From the NCBI GenBank assembly GCA_965248575.1, contig CBDFJQ010000002.1:1440001-1504000 (forward strand): 64,000 nt of DNA, in the 5' to 3' direction. Positions 27,634 to 37,387 of the stretch are shown here, in pieces. This stretch comes from Planctomycetota bacterium (lineage in GTDB: Bacteria; Planctomycetota; B15-G4). Position 1 is the stretch's first letter. Each line of letters begins with the position of its first letter. The notes beneath the pieces were generated by a model. That model was not told the origin of the DNA. It ran no database searches and worked only from the letters and a program-made list of their open reading frames with translations. Made by a program: the position numbers and the translations under genes.

Positions 27634-29448
27634 TCAGACCTCCTTCAAACGCGGGTCGAGTGCGTCGCGGACACCTTCGCCCACGAGGTTGTAGAGGATG
27701 ACCGTGAGGAACACGAGCAGCCCAGGGAAGATCTGGATCCACCAGTATTCGGGGTTCTTGCTCTCCACCAACAGTGACCCCCAGCTGGGAATCGGCAACT
27801 TCACGCCGAAGCCGAGGAACGAGAGTGCGGACTCCGTCAGGATGCCGCTGGCCACGGCAAAAGTTGCGGACACCAGCACTGGCCCCATGGCGTTGGGCAG
27901 CACATGTCTGAAGATCGTTCGCAGGCTGCCCATGCCCAGGGCCTGGCTGGCCACCACGAAGTCCTGCCCGCGCAAACGAATGAACTCCGCGCGTACGAGA
28001 CGCGCGACCCCGGTCCAACGGAAGATCCCGATGGCCAGCATGATGTTCAGGATGCTCGCGCCCAGGAAACTGACCACGATCAGGATCAGGAAGAAGACCG
28101 GGAAACACTGAAACACCTCGATGATGCGGCTGATGATGATGTCGACCCACCCGCCAAAGTAGCCGGCGAGGGAACCGATCACCGTGCCGATGAACACCAG
28201 CAGGACGGTGGAGATCAGCCCCACGGCCAGACTGATGCGCGCACCCCAGACGATGCGCCCCATGAGGTCGCGGCCCAAGCTGTCCGTGCCCAGGATGTGT
28301 CGCAAGGGGGCGTTCCGATCGGACTCACCCACCCGCACTTCAACGGGGGTCGCGCCCAGCGGCGTGTCCGTCTCCACATCCAGGCGCAACGAGCGGGCAC
28401 CCACCATGTAGTAGCCCTCATCATCGATAGCGGAATTGGGGCGCCACGTGGGTGGTCGGAAGGTCTCGGTCTGGTTCTGTTCCGCCATCCCGAACTCGAT
28501 CGGCGGCAGGATCATGGTCAGCGCCTGGGCCTTCCCGTCCGTGAGCGCTTCCTTGAGACTCGTGGCCTGCATCGCCGCATCATCGGTGCCGTGCACGCTG
28601 ACCCAGGTCAGCGTTGCGATGAGCGGCAGCGCCAGCACCACCGCCAGCTTCTTGCGCCTGGCCTTGCGGATCCTGGCCCGGTCGCTGCGCAGGAGGACGT
28701 TGTTCACCACCCGGTTCCAGACGGGCAGCAGGATGACCAACGCCCAGAGCACCATGAAGAAGATGTCGTTCCAGACGATGGACTCGAGCACGGGATAGGT
28801 GGTGAACGCTTGGAGGGCGATGGTCTTGCCCTGCACCGGCTGCGCGTCGTACTTCGCTGCCTTGAGGGTCGATTTGATCTGCCCGGCCTGCTCCGTGAGC
28901 GTCGCAGCCAGGCTCTCCAGGTCTGCCGCCCCATGCTGGCTTGCCTGCCGGGTCAACTTTGCGGCCGACACCAGGGTGTCGTCCAGCAAGGCATGGTGTT
29001 CCGGAGCGAGCTGCTTGCGCATTCTCTCCAAGCGCAACGACAAGGACCCACGGTCTAGCTCGAGATAGCTGAGCATGTCCTGGGGCACGCCGCCTCGCGA
29101 AGCCAGCCAGTCCTCCTTGGCCGAACCCTCGAGGGACTCGCCACGGGCCAGCTGGCTCTCCTCCCAGTGCTCGAAACCCTCGCGCCCCGCAAGGGCCTTC
29201 CGGGAGAGGTCCCCGGCGGCCACCGTCACCAAGCGATGGGCTGAACGGTACTCGGTGTAGTTGGTGCCCTCGAAGACCAGGGGGCGATCGTTGGCCAGGA
29301 AGGGCGCGTAGATCGCCATCGCGTACAGGCAAATCAACACCGCCATGGCCAAGCGCACCGAGCGGCGCTTCTGCAGCTGCCCCAGCACGATGTCCCAGTA
29401 GTCCTTGCTGTAGGTCGGGTCCCCCTGCGCCGCCTTACTCATACGCAA
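27634..29448 (-). CDS. Peptide ABC transporter permease (OppC-like) with a large insertion (604 aa)
   Basis: N-terminal APFLANDRP and C-terminal LGTDSLGRD...[10 protein letters not shown]...VRDALDPR flank about 320 extra residues. Confidence 0.9.
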   Translation of the reverse strand: MRMSKAAQGDPTYSKDYWDIVLGQLQKRRSVRLAMAVLICLYAMAIYAPFLANDRPLVFEGTNYTEYRSAHRLVTVAAGDLSRKALAGREGFEHWEESQLARGESLEGSAKEDWLASRGGVPQDMLSYLELDRGSLSLRLERMRKQLAPEHHALLDDTLVSAAKLTRQASQHGAADLESLAATLTEQAGQIKSTLKAAKYDAQPVQGKTIALQAFTTYPVLESIVWNDIFFMVLWALVILLPVWNRVVNNVLLRSDRARIRKARRKKLAVVLALPLIATLTWVSVHGTDDAAMQATSLKEALTDGKAQALTMILPPIEFGMAEQNQTETFRPPTWRPNSAIDDEGYYMVGARSLRLDVETDTPLGATPVEVRVGESDRNAPLRHILGTDSLGRDLMGRIVWGARISLAVGLISTVLLVFIGTVIGSLAGYFGGWVDIIISRIIEVFQCFPVFFLILIVVSFLGASILNIMLAIGIFRWTGVARLVRAEFIRLRGQDFVVASQALGMGSLRTIFRHVLPNAMGPVLVSATFAVASGILTESALSFLGFGVKLPIPSWGSLLVESKNPEYWWIQIFPGLLVFLTVILYNLVGEGVRDALDPRLKEV

Positions 29449-30436
29449 TCCTCGGGTCGACGATCGCGTAGAGGATGTCCGAGACCAGGAAGCCCAAGAG
29501 CGTCATGAAGGCCGAGAAGGTGACCGTCGCCATGATGACGTTGTAGTCCCGCACGAGGAGTCCATCGAAGGCATACAAACCCATGCCCGGGATGTTGAAG
29601 ATGGTCTCCACCAGCACCGAGCCGCCGATGAGGATCGGCAGAATCGTGGCGAAGACCGTGATGACCGGAATCATCGAGTTGCGCAGGGCGTGCTTGAGGA
29701 TGATCTTGCGGCGATCGAGGCCCTTGGCCCGTGCCGTACGGATGTAGTCCTGCTGAACGGTCTCCAACATACCCACGCGCATCTGGCGCGAGAGGTAGGC
29801 CACACCGCCGTAGGTCAGGGTGGCCACCGGAAGGATGGCGTGCCAGATGGTGTCCCAGACGTAGGCCCCGTCACCCATCTCCGCCGCGTCCTTGCCGTGC
29901 AAGCCGATCACCGGAAACCAGTCGAGCCCCGTGGCTCCGAACGCAAGGATCAACATCAGACCCGCCCAGAAGGTGGGCAGCGAATACAGCAGGAAGAGCC
30001 CCAGCGTCAGCACCTTGTCGGACAGGCTTCCACGCTTCACCGCGGAGAAGATTCCGAGCGGCAGCGCAATCAGATAGCTCAAGAGGGTGGCGATCAACGA
30101 GAGCGGGACGGTGATCTGCAGCCGCCTCCACAGTTCTGAGGACACCTGGACGTTCGGCCGGAAGAACTCCGTCCCGAAATCCAGCTGGGCAACGTTCTTC
30201 ACCCATTCCCAGTACTGGACGTAGACCGGCTCATCCAGACGAAAGCGTTCGCGGAACTTCTCGTAGGCGCTTTGCGTATCGCCACTGGACTGCTGCCCCT
30301 GCATGTCCAGGCTGCCGGCCGTAGCAATGGCAGCCGGGTCACCCGGCGCCAGCTGGATCACCAGCATGAGCAAGACGGTGATGCCAAACATCGTCGGCAC
30401 CATCCACAGAATGCGACGCAGGATATAGAGAGCCAC
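29435..30436 (-). CDS. Peptide ABC transporter permease (OppB/YejB-like)
   Basis: YILRRILWMVPT, LAPGDP, DYIRTARAKGL, ETIFNIPGMG and YAIVDPRI motifs. Confidence 0.94.
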   Translation of the reverse strand: MALYILRRILWMVPTMFGITVLLMLVIQLAPGDPAAIATAGSLDMQGQQSSGDTQSAYEKFRERFRLDEPVYVQYWEWVKNVAQLDFGTEFFRPNVQVSSELWRRLQITVPLSLIATLLSYLIALPLGIFSAVKRGSLSDKVLTLGLFLLYSLPTFWAGLMLILAFGATGLDWFPVIGLHGKDAAEMGDGAYVWDTIWHAILPVATLTYGGVAYLSRQMRVGMLETVQQDYIRTARAKGLDRRKIILKHALRNSMIPVITVFATILPILIGGSVLVETIFNIPGMGLYAFDGLLVRDYNVIMATVTFSAFMTLLGFLVSDILYAIVDPRIAYE

Positions 30437-30497
30437 GCGAGGTTGCCCGAGGGGAGGGGGAAGCCCGGGAGAGGGAGAAGAGGCTGTCGGGCAGTGG

Positions 30498-32558
30498 CTA
30501 GTGGTCGGGGTTCAGCGGCCGCGTTCCCGGCGTTCCCGCTTCGAGGTAGAGGTCCCGCATGCGGTAGCCCGGCTCGAACTTGTGCAACTTGAAGCCATGC
30601 ACCCGCTTGTTGATGGCGATCTTGCGCGGGACGTTCCAACCGAACAGATAGGGCTGCAAGGAATAGATTCTCGCATGCAGCTCGCGCCAGATGGCGTGCC
30701 GCTTGTCGTCGTCCAGCTCCCGCCGCCCCAGCTCGATCAGGCGATCCACTTCGTCGTCGATCAGCCCGGCGTGGTTGCTGGAACGCTTCGAGAACTCCGC
30801 CTCATCGCTGTGCCAGATCTGCATCGGATCCGATTCCGGCGTGGGCAGCGTCCAGGCCATGTTCACCGCATCGAAGTCCCGATCGAGCACCTTCTCGAGC
30901 AAGGTGGCCCACTCATAGGTCTGGATGTCCACGCCCACGCCGATCTTGCGATACGCATCCTGCAGCGCCTGAAGGAACTTCTGGCTGGCCTTGTTGCCCG
31001 TGGGCATGAGCACCTGGATCACCAGGTCCTCACCGTCGAAGTCCACGATGCCGTTGCCGTCGCGGTCATACCACCCGGCCTCGCCCAGCAGGTCTTCTGC
31101 CGCCTCGACGTCGTACTCCAAGGGTTCGATCTCGTGCGGGTAGGCAGGTCCGAAGTAGAACTCCGTGCCCATGCTCCAGAGGGCGAAGCCCTGGTAGTTC
31201 GTCTCGATCCAGCCAGCCACATCAAAGGCATGGGCGAGCGCCTTGCGCACCCGCACGTCATCGAACTTCTTGCGGTGCAGGTTCCACGACGTGTAGCCGA
31301 TGTTGCCCACGTAGGAGAGCGCCTTGTAGGCCCGGTCCGTGAAGGTCTCGCTCCGCGTCGCCTCCCCCACGAAGTCCTCGGACTTCACCCGGTTGAAGAT
31401 GTCCAGCTCGTCGTTCAGCAGGGCCTGCCAGGCCGAGTCGTCGTCCTTGATGAAGCGCCAGCGGATGGAATCGAGGTAGCCCGACTCCGCAGGGCTCTTC
31501 TTCCAGTAGGTGTCCACCTTGTCGGCGTCCAGGTACTGGTTGCGCTCCCAACCGGAGACCTTGTAGGGGCCGAGACCGATCCAATCGAGGTTGTGCGGGT
31601 TGTCGTTGATGGCCACGGCGCGCTCGTCCAAGGAAGCGCTGGCGTTGTGCTCAGGATGCTCGGGGTCGAGCAGATTGTAGAGGTGGCTTGGCAGGATGCA
31701 GAAGTCCAAGCCGAAGGCACCCTTCGTCGCGAAGTACTGTTCCTCCCAGAAGAAGCGCACGACCCCGGGCTGGAGCACTTCCACACGCTTGATCTTCTCG
31801 AACTTCCAGCGCTTCTCGTCGCAATCCACATGCGGGTTGGCGAACAGTTCCCACGAGAAAACCAGGTCCTGCGCATCCAGCGGGTGCCCATCCTGCCACA
31901 GCACATCGTCGCGCAAGGTGAAGGTCCAGACGGTCCCCATCTCAAGGGCCTCGACGTCCGACTTGGGAATCGTCTTGCGCTCAAGCTTGTTGTAGCGGCT
32001 GCCGCTCTCCAACACGTAGGCGTCCGCCGTCTCATCCACCAGCCTTCCGAAAGCGATGTTCGTGTGCCCGTCTCCGGCCCCGCCTTTGAGGATCAGGGTG
32101 TCCTCGACATCGTAGGCCGCGGCGACGTCGAGCTCGTACTCCCAGGTCACCGGGCTGAACTGGATCAAGCTGGCGTGCACGTCGTAGTGGACGTGCCGGA
32201 TGGAGGCCGAGTTCTCGATGGCGAAGTTCAGATTCGGCGGCTCGGACGACACATGCGTTATCAGCCGACCGCCCAGCGCTGGCTCCACCTGCCCGTCGGG
32301 ATGCAGGCGGTCCACGGGGGGATCGTGGGGCCCGCTCAAATCCGCCTCCGTCACCCCCGCAGCCTTGAGCGCCGGGGTCAGCTCCAAGCGCCCTCTCGTA
32401 TCTAGAGACTGCGACAGGCCCGACGAGGCCAGGCAGAGCAAGGCTGCCACCGCAAGCCCAACTCGGCCGAGGCCACTTGCAAGGCCAATGGCGCGACCGG
32501 GCGCAGGCATCGGGACAGGACGGCGGGACGGTCGCGGGGTGCGGATCAGGTCTGGCAT
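30498..32558 (-). CDS. Peptide ABC transporter substrate-binding protein (family 5, AppA-like) with inserted domain
   Basis: WTFTLRDDVLWQDGHPL, IGLGPYK, FDDVRVRKALAHA, EAGWYDRDGNG and IWHS motifs; signal peptide; start uncertain (32558 or 32510). Confidence 0.9.
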   Translation of the reverse strand: MPDLIRTPRPSRRPVPMPAPGRAIGLASGLGRVGLAVAALLCLASSGLSQSLDTRGRLELTPALKAAGVTEADLSGPHDPPVDRLHPDGQVEPALGGRLITHVSSEPPNLNFAIENSASIRHVHYDVHASLIQFSPVTWEYELDVAAAYDVEDTLILKGGAGDGHTNIAFGRLVDETADAYVLESGSRYNKLERKTIPKSDVEALEMGTVWTFTLRDDVLWQDGHPLDAQDLVFSWELFANPHVDCDEKRWKFEKIKRVEVLQPGVVRFFWEEQYFATKGAFGLDFCILPSHLYNLLDPEHPEHNASASLDERAVAINDNPHNLDWIGLGPYKVSGWERNQYLDADKVDTYWKKSPAESGYLDSIRWRFIKDDDSAWQALLNDELDIFNRVKSEDFVGEATRSETFTDRAYKALSYVGNIGYTSWNLHRKKFDDVRVRKALAHAFDVAGWIETNYQGFALWSMGTEFYFGPAYPHEIEPLEYDVEAAEDLLGEAGWYDRDGNGIVDFDGEDLVIQVLMPTGNKASQKFLQALQDAYRKIGVGVDIQTYEWATLLEKVLDRDFDAVNMAWTLPTPESDPMQIWHSDEAEFSKRSSNHAGLIDDEVDRLIELGRRELDDDKRHAIWRELHARIYSLQPYLFGWNVPRKIAINKRVHGFKLHKFEPGYRMRDLYLEAGTPGTRPLNPDH

Positions 32559-32950
32559 GGCTTGGATTCCACGGGATGCGTGAGGCCGACGAGAAGCGGG
32601 TCGGTGCGGCCCCAAGGGCGATCGGTGCTGATTGAACTCTCTCTACGAACGATTCCTGTCGACTGTGCGAGACGAGGCCCATCCTCGAGCCCGTCCCCCA
32701 GGCTCAGACACTGCGAGCCATGGAAGGTCACGCCCAAAGGGGCTGCCTCGTGTCCTCTCATCTCATCCCGCAAGAACGCGGACTTCGAGGGGCGCCGGAT
32801 CCCACCGGAGAACCGGTGATTTGCGCCTCGAAAGGTCACGACCGAGGGGTTGGCAACGTACTGGTGGAATGGCTCCCTGTCAATGCAGGCGAATGATCGC
32901 AAGGTCTTGATTCACAAGCTCTTGCGGCGTCACCCCCAAGCCAGATTTGG

Positions 32951-33442
32951 TCACAGGGGAAGATGTTGCGCGCTGGAGGTCCGAAGCCCACCGTCCCCCA
33001 AACTCGTGGAGGACAGATCCGACGTCGTCAGGTGCGCCAGGCACAACGCCAAGAGCACGATTCCCTCCACCATCCCCTGCCGCCGGGTGGGCACAAGCGT
33101 CCAAGGCAGGGAGGACCGCAAGAGGCGCGTGAGGCCCAACGCCGCCGTCGCCAGGGCCGGCGCTGCGACGTAGAGCGCCATCGCCCCCGCCTGGGTGGCG
33201 CAACGAATGGCCTGCTGCTCCGAGAGCCCCTCGGGTCCCCGTTTGGAGATCATCGCTGCGACGCCCAGCATTCCGCCAAAGGCCGCCAAGGCCGTGCCCA
33301 ATTCGTTCGGCACGAGAAAGGGCTGATCTTCGAAGGCGTAGGATCGCAGCGCAAGCAAACCCACGGTCCAGGAGTACGAGGCCACCGCCCCCGCCAAGAG
33401 CGCCAGCACCCTGGGCACGGACACGCGATTCGACGAGCTCAT
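32951..33442 (-). CDS. Hypothetical membrane protein (about 4 TM segments)
   Basis: Several hydrophobic segments; co-oriented after ridA; no family recognised. Confidence 0.45.
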   Translation of the reverse strand: MSSSNRVSVPRVLALLAGAVASYSWTVGLLALRSYAFEDQPFLVPNELGTALAAFGGMLGVAAMISKRGPEGLSEQQAIRCATQAGAMALYVAAPALATAALGLTRLLRSSLPWTLVPTRRQGMVEGIVLLALCLAHLTTSDLSSTSLGDGGLRTSSAQHLPL

Positions 33443-33517
33443 GGCCCCATGCAGGATCGGGCGAACCGATGCCAGCATCGCGACGACCGCCAGGAGTTTC
33501 TCTGCGAGGTCGATGGC

Positions 33518-33904
33518 TCAGCTCACCGACGCGACGGCATCGATCTCCACCAGCGCGTCCTTGGGCAGGCCCACCACCGCCACGGTGGCGCGGGCCGGCA
33601 AGGAGGAACCAAAGGCTTGCTCGTAGACAGCGTTCATCGCTGCAAAATCGTCCATGCTGCGGAGATACACCGTGGTCTTGAGCACCCGCCCGAGGCTGCT
33701 GCCCGCCGCCTCGAGTACTGCTCGTAGGTTCGTCAGGACCTGCGCGCTCTGCTCGGCAACGCCTCCTTCCACCATGGCACCCGTGACCGGATCGAGGGCG
33801 ACCTGCCCGCTGGTGTACACGGTGCTGCCTGCAACGACCGCCTGACTGTAGGGGCCAATCGCGGCCGGGGCCTTGTCCGTGGCAACGATCTTGTGCTCCG
33901 CCAT
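33518..33904 (-). CDS. ridA: RidA/YjgF enamine-imine deaminase
   Basis: APAAIGPYSQA, SGQVALDP, PARATV and LPKDALVEID motifs. Confidence 0.95.
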   Translation of the reverse strand: MAEHKIVATDKAPAAIGPYSQAVVAGSTVYTSGQVALDPVTGAMVEGGVAEQSAQVLTNLRAVLEAAGSSLGRVLKTTVYLRSMDDFAAMNAVYEQAFGSSLPARATVAVVGLPKDALVEIDAVASVS

Positions 33905-33950
33905 CGTGGCGCTCTCCAACGTGCGTGAGGGAAGGGGGCTGAGTCGTTTC

Positions 33951-34421
33951 TCAGGAGACAGTCTTCAGAGCCGCCGCCACTGCCTCGGGCAAGAACACAC
34001 GCGTGTCCCCGCCCGAGCGATGCACCTCGCGCACCAGGCGTGAAGAGATGTGCGCGGTCTCAAGCGATGCAGGCAGGAGGACCGTTTCGATGCCTTCATC
34101 CAGTTGCTTGTTCGCGAAGGACATCTGGAGTTCAGCGGCGGCATCCTGGGCGTTGCGCACACCGCGCACGAGCACCTGGGCTCCGGCAGCCCGAGCAGCG
34201 CTCACCGCCAAACCCTCGAAGGCCACCACCTCCACTCCCGCAGGCAGCACCTCGCGCAAGAGCTGGATGCGCAGTTCCACCGGGAGCCAGCCCTGCTTGT
34301 CGGCATTCTGGCCGACCCCCACCACCAGGCGATCCGACCAAAGCAGGCTGCGACGCACCAAGTCGACGTGCCCCAAGGTAGGCGGATCGAAAGACCCTGC
34401 AAAGAAGGCTGTCTTGCTCAT
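33951..34421 (-). CDS. coaD: Phosphopantetheine adenylyltransferase
   Basis: GSFDPPTLGH, LVRGVR and HISSRLVRE motifs. Confidence 0.95.
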   Translation of the reverse strand: MSKTAFFAGSFDPPTLGHVDLVRRSLLWSDRLVVGVGQNADKQGWLPVELRIQLLREVLPAGVEVVAFEGLAVSAARAAGAQVLVRGVRNAQDAAAELQMSFANKQLDEGIETVLLPASLETAHISSRLVREVHRSGGDTRVFLPEAVAAALKTVS

Positions 34422-34427
34422 GGGCAG

Positions 34428-34436
34428 AGGATAGCA
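34428..34436 (-). promoter_or_regulatory. Extended -10 element 6 nt before the coaD ATG (leaderless promoter candidate)
   Basis: Minus strand reads TGCTATCCT-CTGCCC-ATG; no Shine-Dalgarno sequence. Confidence 0.55.
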
Positions 34437-34556
34437 AGCGCAAGTGGCCCCTCGATCCCCCTTCGGGCAGCGCCTCGCAGGAAGACGGAAACATGAGCGG
34501 GAGCAGGGTCCGGCGCGGCCGTGAAACGGAATCCGGACTGACCCGTCGATGGGGTT

Positions 34557-35915
34557 GTGTCCGCTCGCACCCTGCTCCTCTTCGCCCTCATGGCTCGCGT
34601 CCTCCCCGGGGGATGGGGGTTGTTCAGTGCTGGGCTGGCTGCAGTCTCAGGTGCTGGCCTCCCAGCCGTCGCCGGTCTGGCCCTGCTCGCGCTGGCACAA
34701 CCGGGCACCGCTCTGGGCTCCCGTGCACCCCACCCGCCCGGCCCGCTGCTCGAAGCCCCCGACGGGCCCAGCGAGGGACGTGAGGGCGGAGTCCAAGCCC
34801 TCGAGCTGCGGGGACGGTGGCGCGCCCCCCCGGGCGAGTCTCCACACCTTCAAACTGCGGGCGGCGCGGTCTCCTTGCGCCTGGCAGCAGACGTGCGACC
34901 ACCTCAAGCGGGAACGCCCCTGACAGTCTGGGCCCGGGTCGATGCCATGGGTCGCGCCACCGCCGTCCACCTTCAAGACCTGGCGCCTGCCGAGGGTGCC
35001 TGGCTCGACCGCTGGCGCGAAACCGCCGCGCGACGCATCCGCACCCTCACCCATGGGCAACGGGGCTTGGTGGAGGCCCTGCTGCTCGGCAGCCGGGATC
35101 ATCTGTCTCCCGAAGTCCGGAACGATTGCATCAGAACCGGAACGATGCACTTGCTAGCCCTGAGCGGACTGCATGTGGCCTTGGTCGCCGCTGCTCTTCA
35201 GCGGCTTCCAGGCCTGGGCCGGGTGCGGCTGCTGTGCTCCCTGGGGACCCTGCTCTCCTTTGTCCTGCTGGCCGGCCACCGACCGTCGCTGCTGAGAGCG
35301 AGCCTCGCTTGGCTGGCCACCTTCGTGGGCCTGGCGTCCGGGCGGCTCGGTGCGGGGCTTCCACGCCTCGCGGCCATCGCGCTGGTGTTGCTCACTCTCA
35401 GCCCAACGCTGCGCGAGGACCTCGGGGCCCAGTTGTCCTTCCTGGCAGTCGCCGGGCTTCTGGCCGCAGCACGCCTCCTGCGCGGCGGGCTCCTGGGTCC
35501 TTCAGGTGCCTTCCTGGCCACCGCGCCCCTGTGCCTCGAAACGTTCGGACGCGTGCAGCCGTGGGGCTTGCTCATCACCCCCTTCCTGGTACCTGCTGTT
35601 GCCGCAGTCTTGTTGACCGGGCTGTTGGCCGTCTTCCCGGGAGAGACCTTGTCGCTGTTGGACCCCGTCACAAGTCCGCTGCTCAACGCCGCTGCCGATG
35701 GACTCGCGTGGCAGCTCCGGGCCGCAGCCTGGCTGTGTCCAGCCCCCCTGACACCGCCGCCGTTTCCACTTCCTGGGTTGTGGGTCTCACTCTTGGTGGT
35801 CGCTGCACTGGTCGCCCTCCCTGGTCGTGGCCGGCGATCGCCGCTCGAGCAGACGGAAGCCCAGGTGGCGCCGTCGGCTCCGTGGCCTGACGAGCGGCAG
35901 CTCCTCCACCCATGA
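34557..35915 (+). CDS. comEC: ComEC/Rec2 competence membrane protein, without the C-terminal beta-lactamase domain
   Basis: ALLLG, TGTMHLLALSGLHV, PSLLRA and GAQLSFLAV motifs. Confidence 0.88.
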   Translation: MSARTLLLFALMARVLPGGWGLFSAGLAAVSGAGLPAVAGLALLALAQPGTALGSRAPHPPGPLLEAPDGPSEGREGGVQALELRGRWRAPPGESPHLQTAGGAVSLRLAADVRPPQAGTPLTVWARVDAMGRATAVHLQDLAPAEGAWLDRWRETAARRIRTLTHGQRGLVEALLLGSRDHLSPEVRNDCIRTGTMHLLALSGLHVALVAAALQRLPGLGRVRLLCSLGTLLSFVLLAGHRPSLLRASLAWLATFVGLASGRLGAGLPRLAAIALVLLTLSPTLREDLGAQLSFLAVAGLLAAARLLRGGLLGPSGAFLATAPLCLETFGRVQPWGLLITPFLVPAVAAVLLTGLLAVFPGETLSLLDPVTSPLLNAAADGLAWQLRAAAWLCPAPLTPPPFPLPGLWVSLLVVAALVALPGRGRRSPLEQTEAQVAPSAPWPDERQLLHP

Positions 35916-37387
35916 CGAGCGACCGCCCACCCGTCGCGGACGTGCGCGTGCAAACCTACTGCCTGTGCGGTGCCCGCGCCCAGGCCGTTGAAGTGGAGTT
36001 GCAGATCACCGGCGGCCTCATGCAGCGGATCATCATGAGCGGGCTGCCCGGAGGTGCCGTCCGAGAATCCCGGGACCGGCTGCGTGCCTGCCTGACTCAC
36101 GCTGGCCTGTCGTTGCCGCGACGCTCGGTGCTGGCCAACTTCGCACCGGCAGATGTACACAAGGAAGGAAACGGCTTCGACCTGCCGCTCGTGCTCGGCA
36201 TGCTGGCTCTCACCGAACACATCCCTGCACAGGTGCTGCAGGAGCGCACGGTGTTTGGCGAAGTGGCGCTCGACGGTCGGCTGCGCCCCGTGCGCGGCGC
36301 CTTGACCTTGGCTCTTGCGGCCCGCCGCGACGGCGCACGTCGTCTCATGCTGCCTTACGACAACGGTGCAGAAGCCGCCCTGGTCGAGGGCCTCTTGGTC
36401 GAGCCCGTGCGCACCGTGCAAGAAGCGTTGGACGTGCTGGGCGGTGCGCCCGCCCCCGCCCCTCCACCGGGCTTGTGCAGCGCGCAGCCCACTCTCGACC
36501 TGGCCGACGTCCGGGGACAGGCCAGCGCGCGCCGAGCGCTCGAGATTGCGGCCCTGGGCGGCCACAACCTCCTGCTCTCAGGTCCGCCCGGCACCGGCAA
36601 GACCATGTTGGCCCAACGCCTCCCGGGCCTGCTTCCTGCCTTGAGTGAGTCCCAAGCCCTCGAGGTCTCCGCACTGCATGGACTGGCGTCGGGCGGCGTG
36701 GCACGCATCCACCGCCACCCGCCATTCCGGGCACCGCACCACACCATCTCCAGGGGTGGTTTGATTGGCGGCGGCAAACCCCTGACGCCTGGCGAGATCA
36801 GCCTGGCCCATCATGGCGTGCTCTTCCTCGACGAAATGGCCGAGTTCCCGCGCACCCTGCTCGAGTCCTTGCGCCAACCGCTGGAGGATGGGGAGCTGCG
36901 TCTGGCGCGCGCGGGGCGGACCATGGTCTTTCCGGCGCGGGTGCAGCTGGTGGGTGCCATGAATCCCTGTCCCTGCGGGAACCTCGGGCACCCGCGCCGG
37001 GGCTGCTGCTGCTCTCCGGCAGCCCTGGACCTCTACCGCCGACGCCTGTCCGGCCCCCTGCTCGATCGGTTCGACCTCGCCGTCGATGTGCCTCCGCCCG
37101 AAGCCCAAGCCTTGCTGGGTGATGCAGTCGGAGAATGCAGCGCTGACGTCCTGAGCCGCATGCGTAGCGCTCCGCCCCGCTCCGAATCGGCAGCGCCCAT
37201 TCCCGAGGTCGCACCCGTGCGACGCCGACTCGAACGAGCCATCACGGCCTTTGGACTTTCAGCACGAGCCGTCCATCGCTCTGTCGCCGTGGCACGCACC
37301 ATTGCTCGCCTGCGGGGTGAGCAAGAGGCCAACATCACCGACCTCGACGAGGCGCTCTCCTTCCGCAACGGACTCTCGCGCAACTAG
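35912..37387 (+). CDS. comM: ComM/YifB Mg-chelatase-like AAA+ ATPase
   Basis: GLPGGAVRESRDR, APADVHKEG, GPPGTGKTM, PFRAPHHT, GVLFLDE, MNPCPCG and SGPLLDRFD motifs; ATGA-coupled to comEC. Confidence 0.95.
   Translation: MTSDRPPVADVRVQTYCLCGARAQAVEVELQITGGLMQRIIMSGLPGGAVRESRDRLRACLTHAGLSLPRRSVLANFAPADVHKEGNGFDLPLVLGMLALTEHIPAQVLQERTVFGEVALDGRLRPVRGALTLALAARRDGARRLMLPYDNGAEAALVEGLLVEPVRTVQEALDVLGGAPAPAPPPGLCSAQPTLDLADVRGQASARRALEIAALGGHNLLLSGPPGTGKTMLAQRLPGLLPALSESQALEVSALHGLASGGVARIHRHPPFRAPHHTISRGGLIGGGKPLTPGEISLAHHGVLFLDEMAEFPRTLLESLRQPLEDGELRLARAGRTMVFPARVQLVGAMNPCPCGNLGHPRRGCCCSPAALDLYRRRLSGPLLDRFDLAVDVPPPEAQALLGDAVGECSADVLSRMRSAPPRSESAAPIPEVAPVRRRLERAITAFGLSARAVHRSVAVARTIARLRGEQEANITDLDEALSFRNGLSRN

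Noticed and set aside
30444..30493. Inverted repeat TGCCCGA/TCGGGCA between the binding-protein and permease genes
   Set aside because: Short stem with a long loop and no U-tract; cannot be called a terminator.
30501..32405. 634-aa plus-strand ORF
   Set aside because: Antisense shadow of the ABC binding-protein gene.
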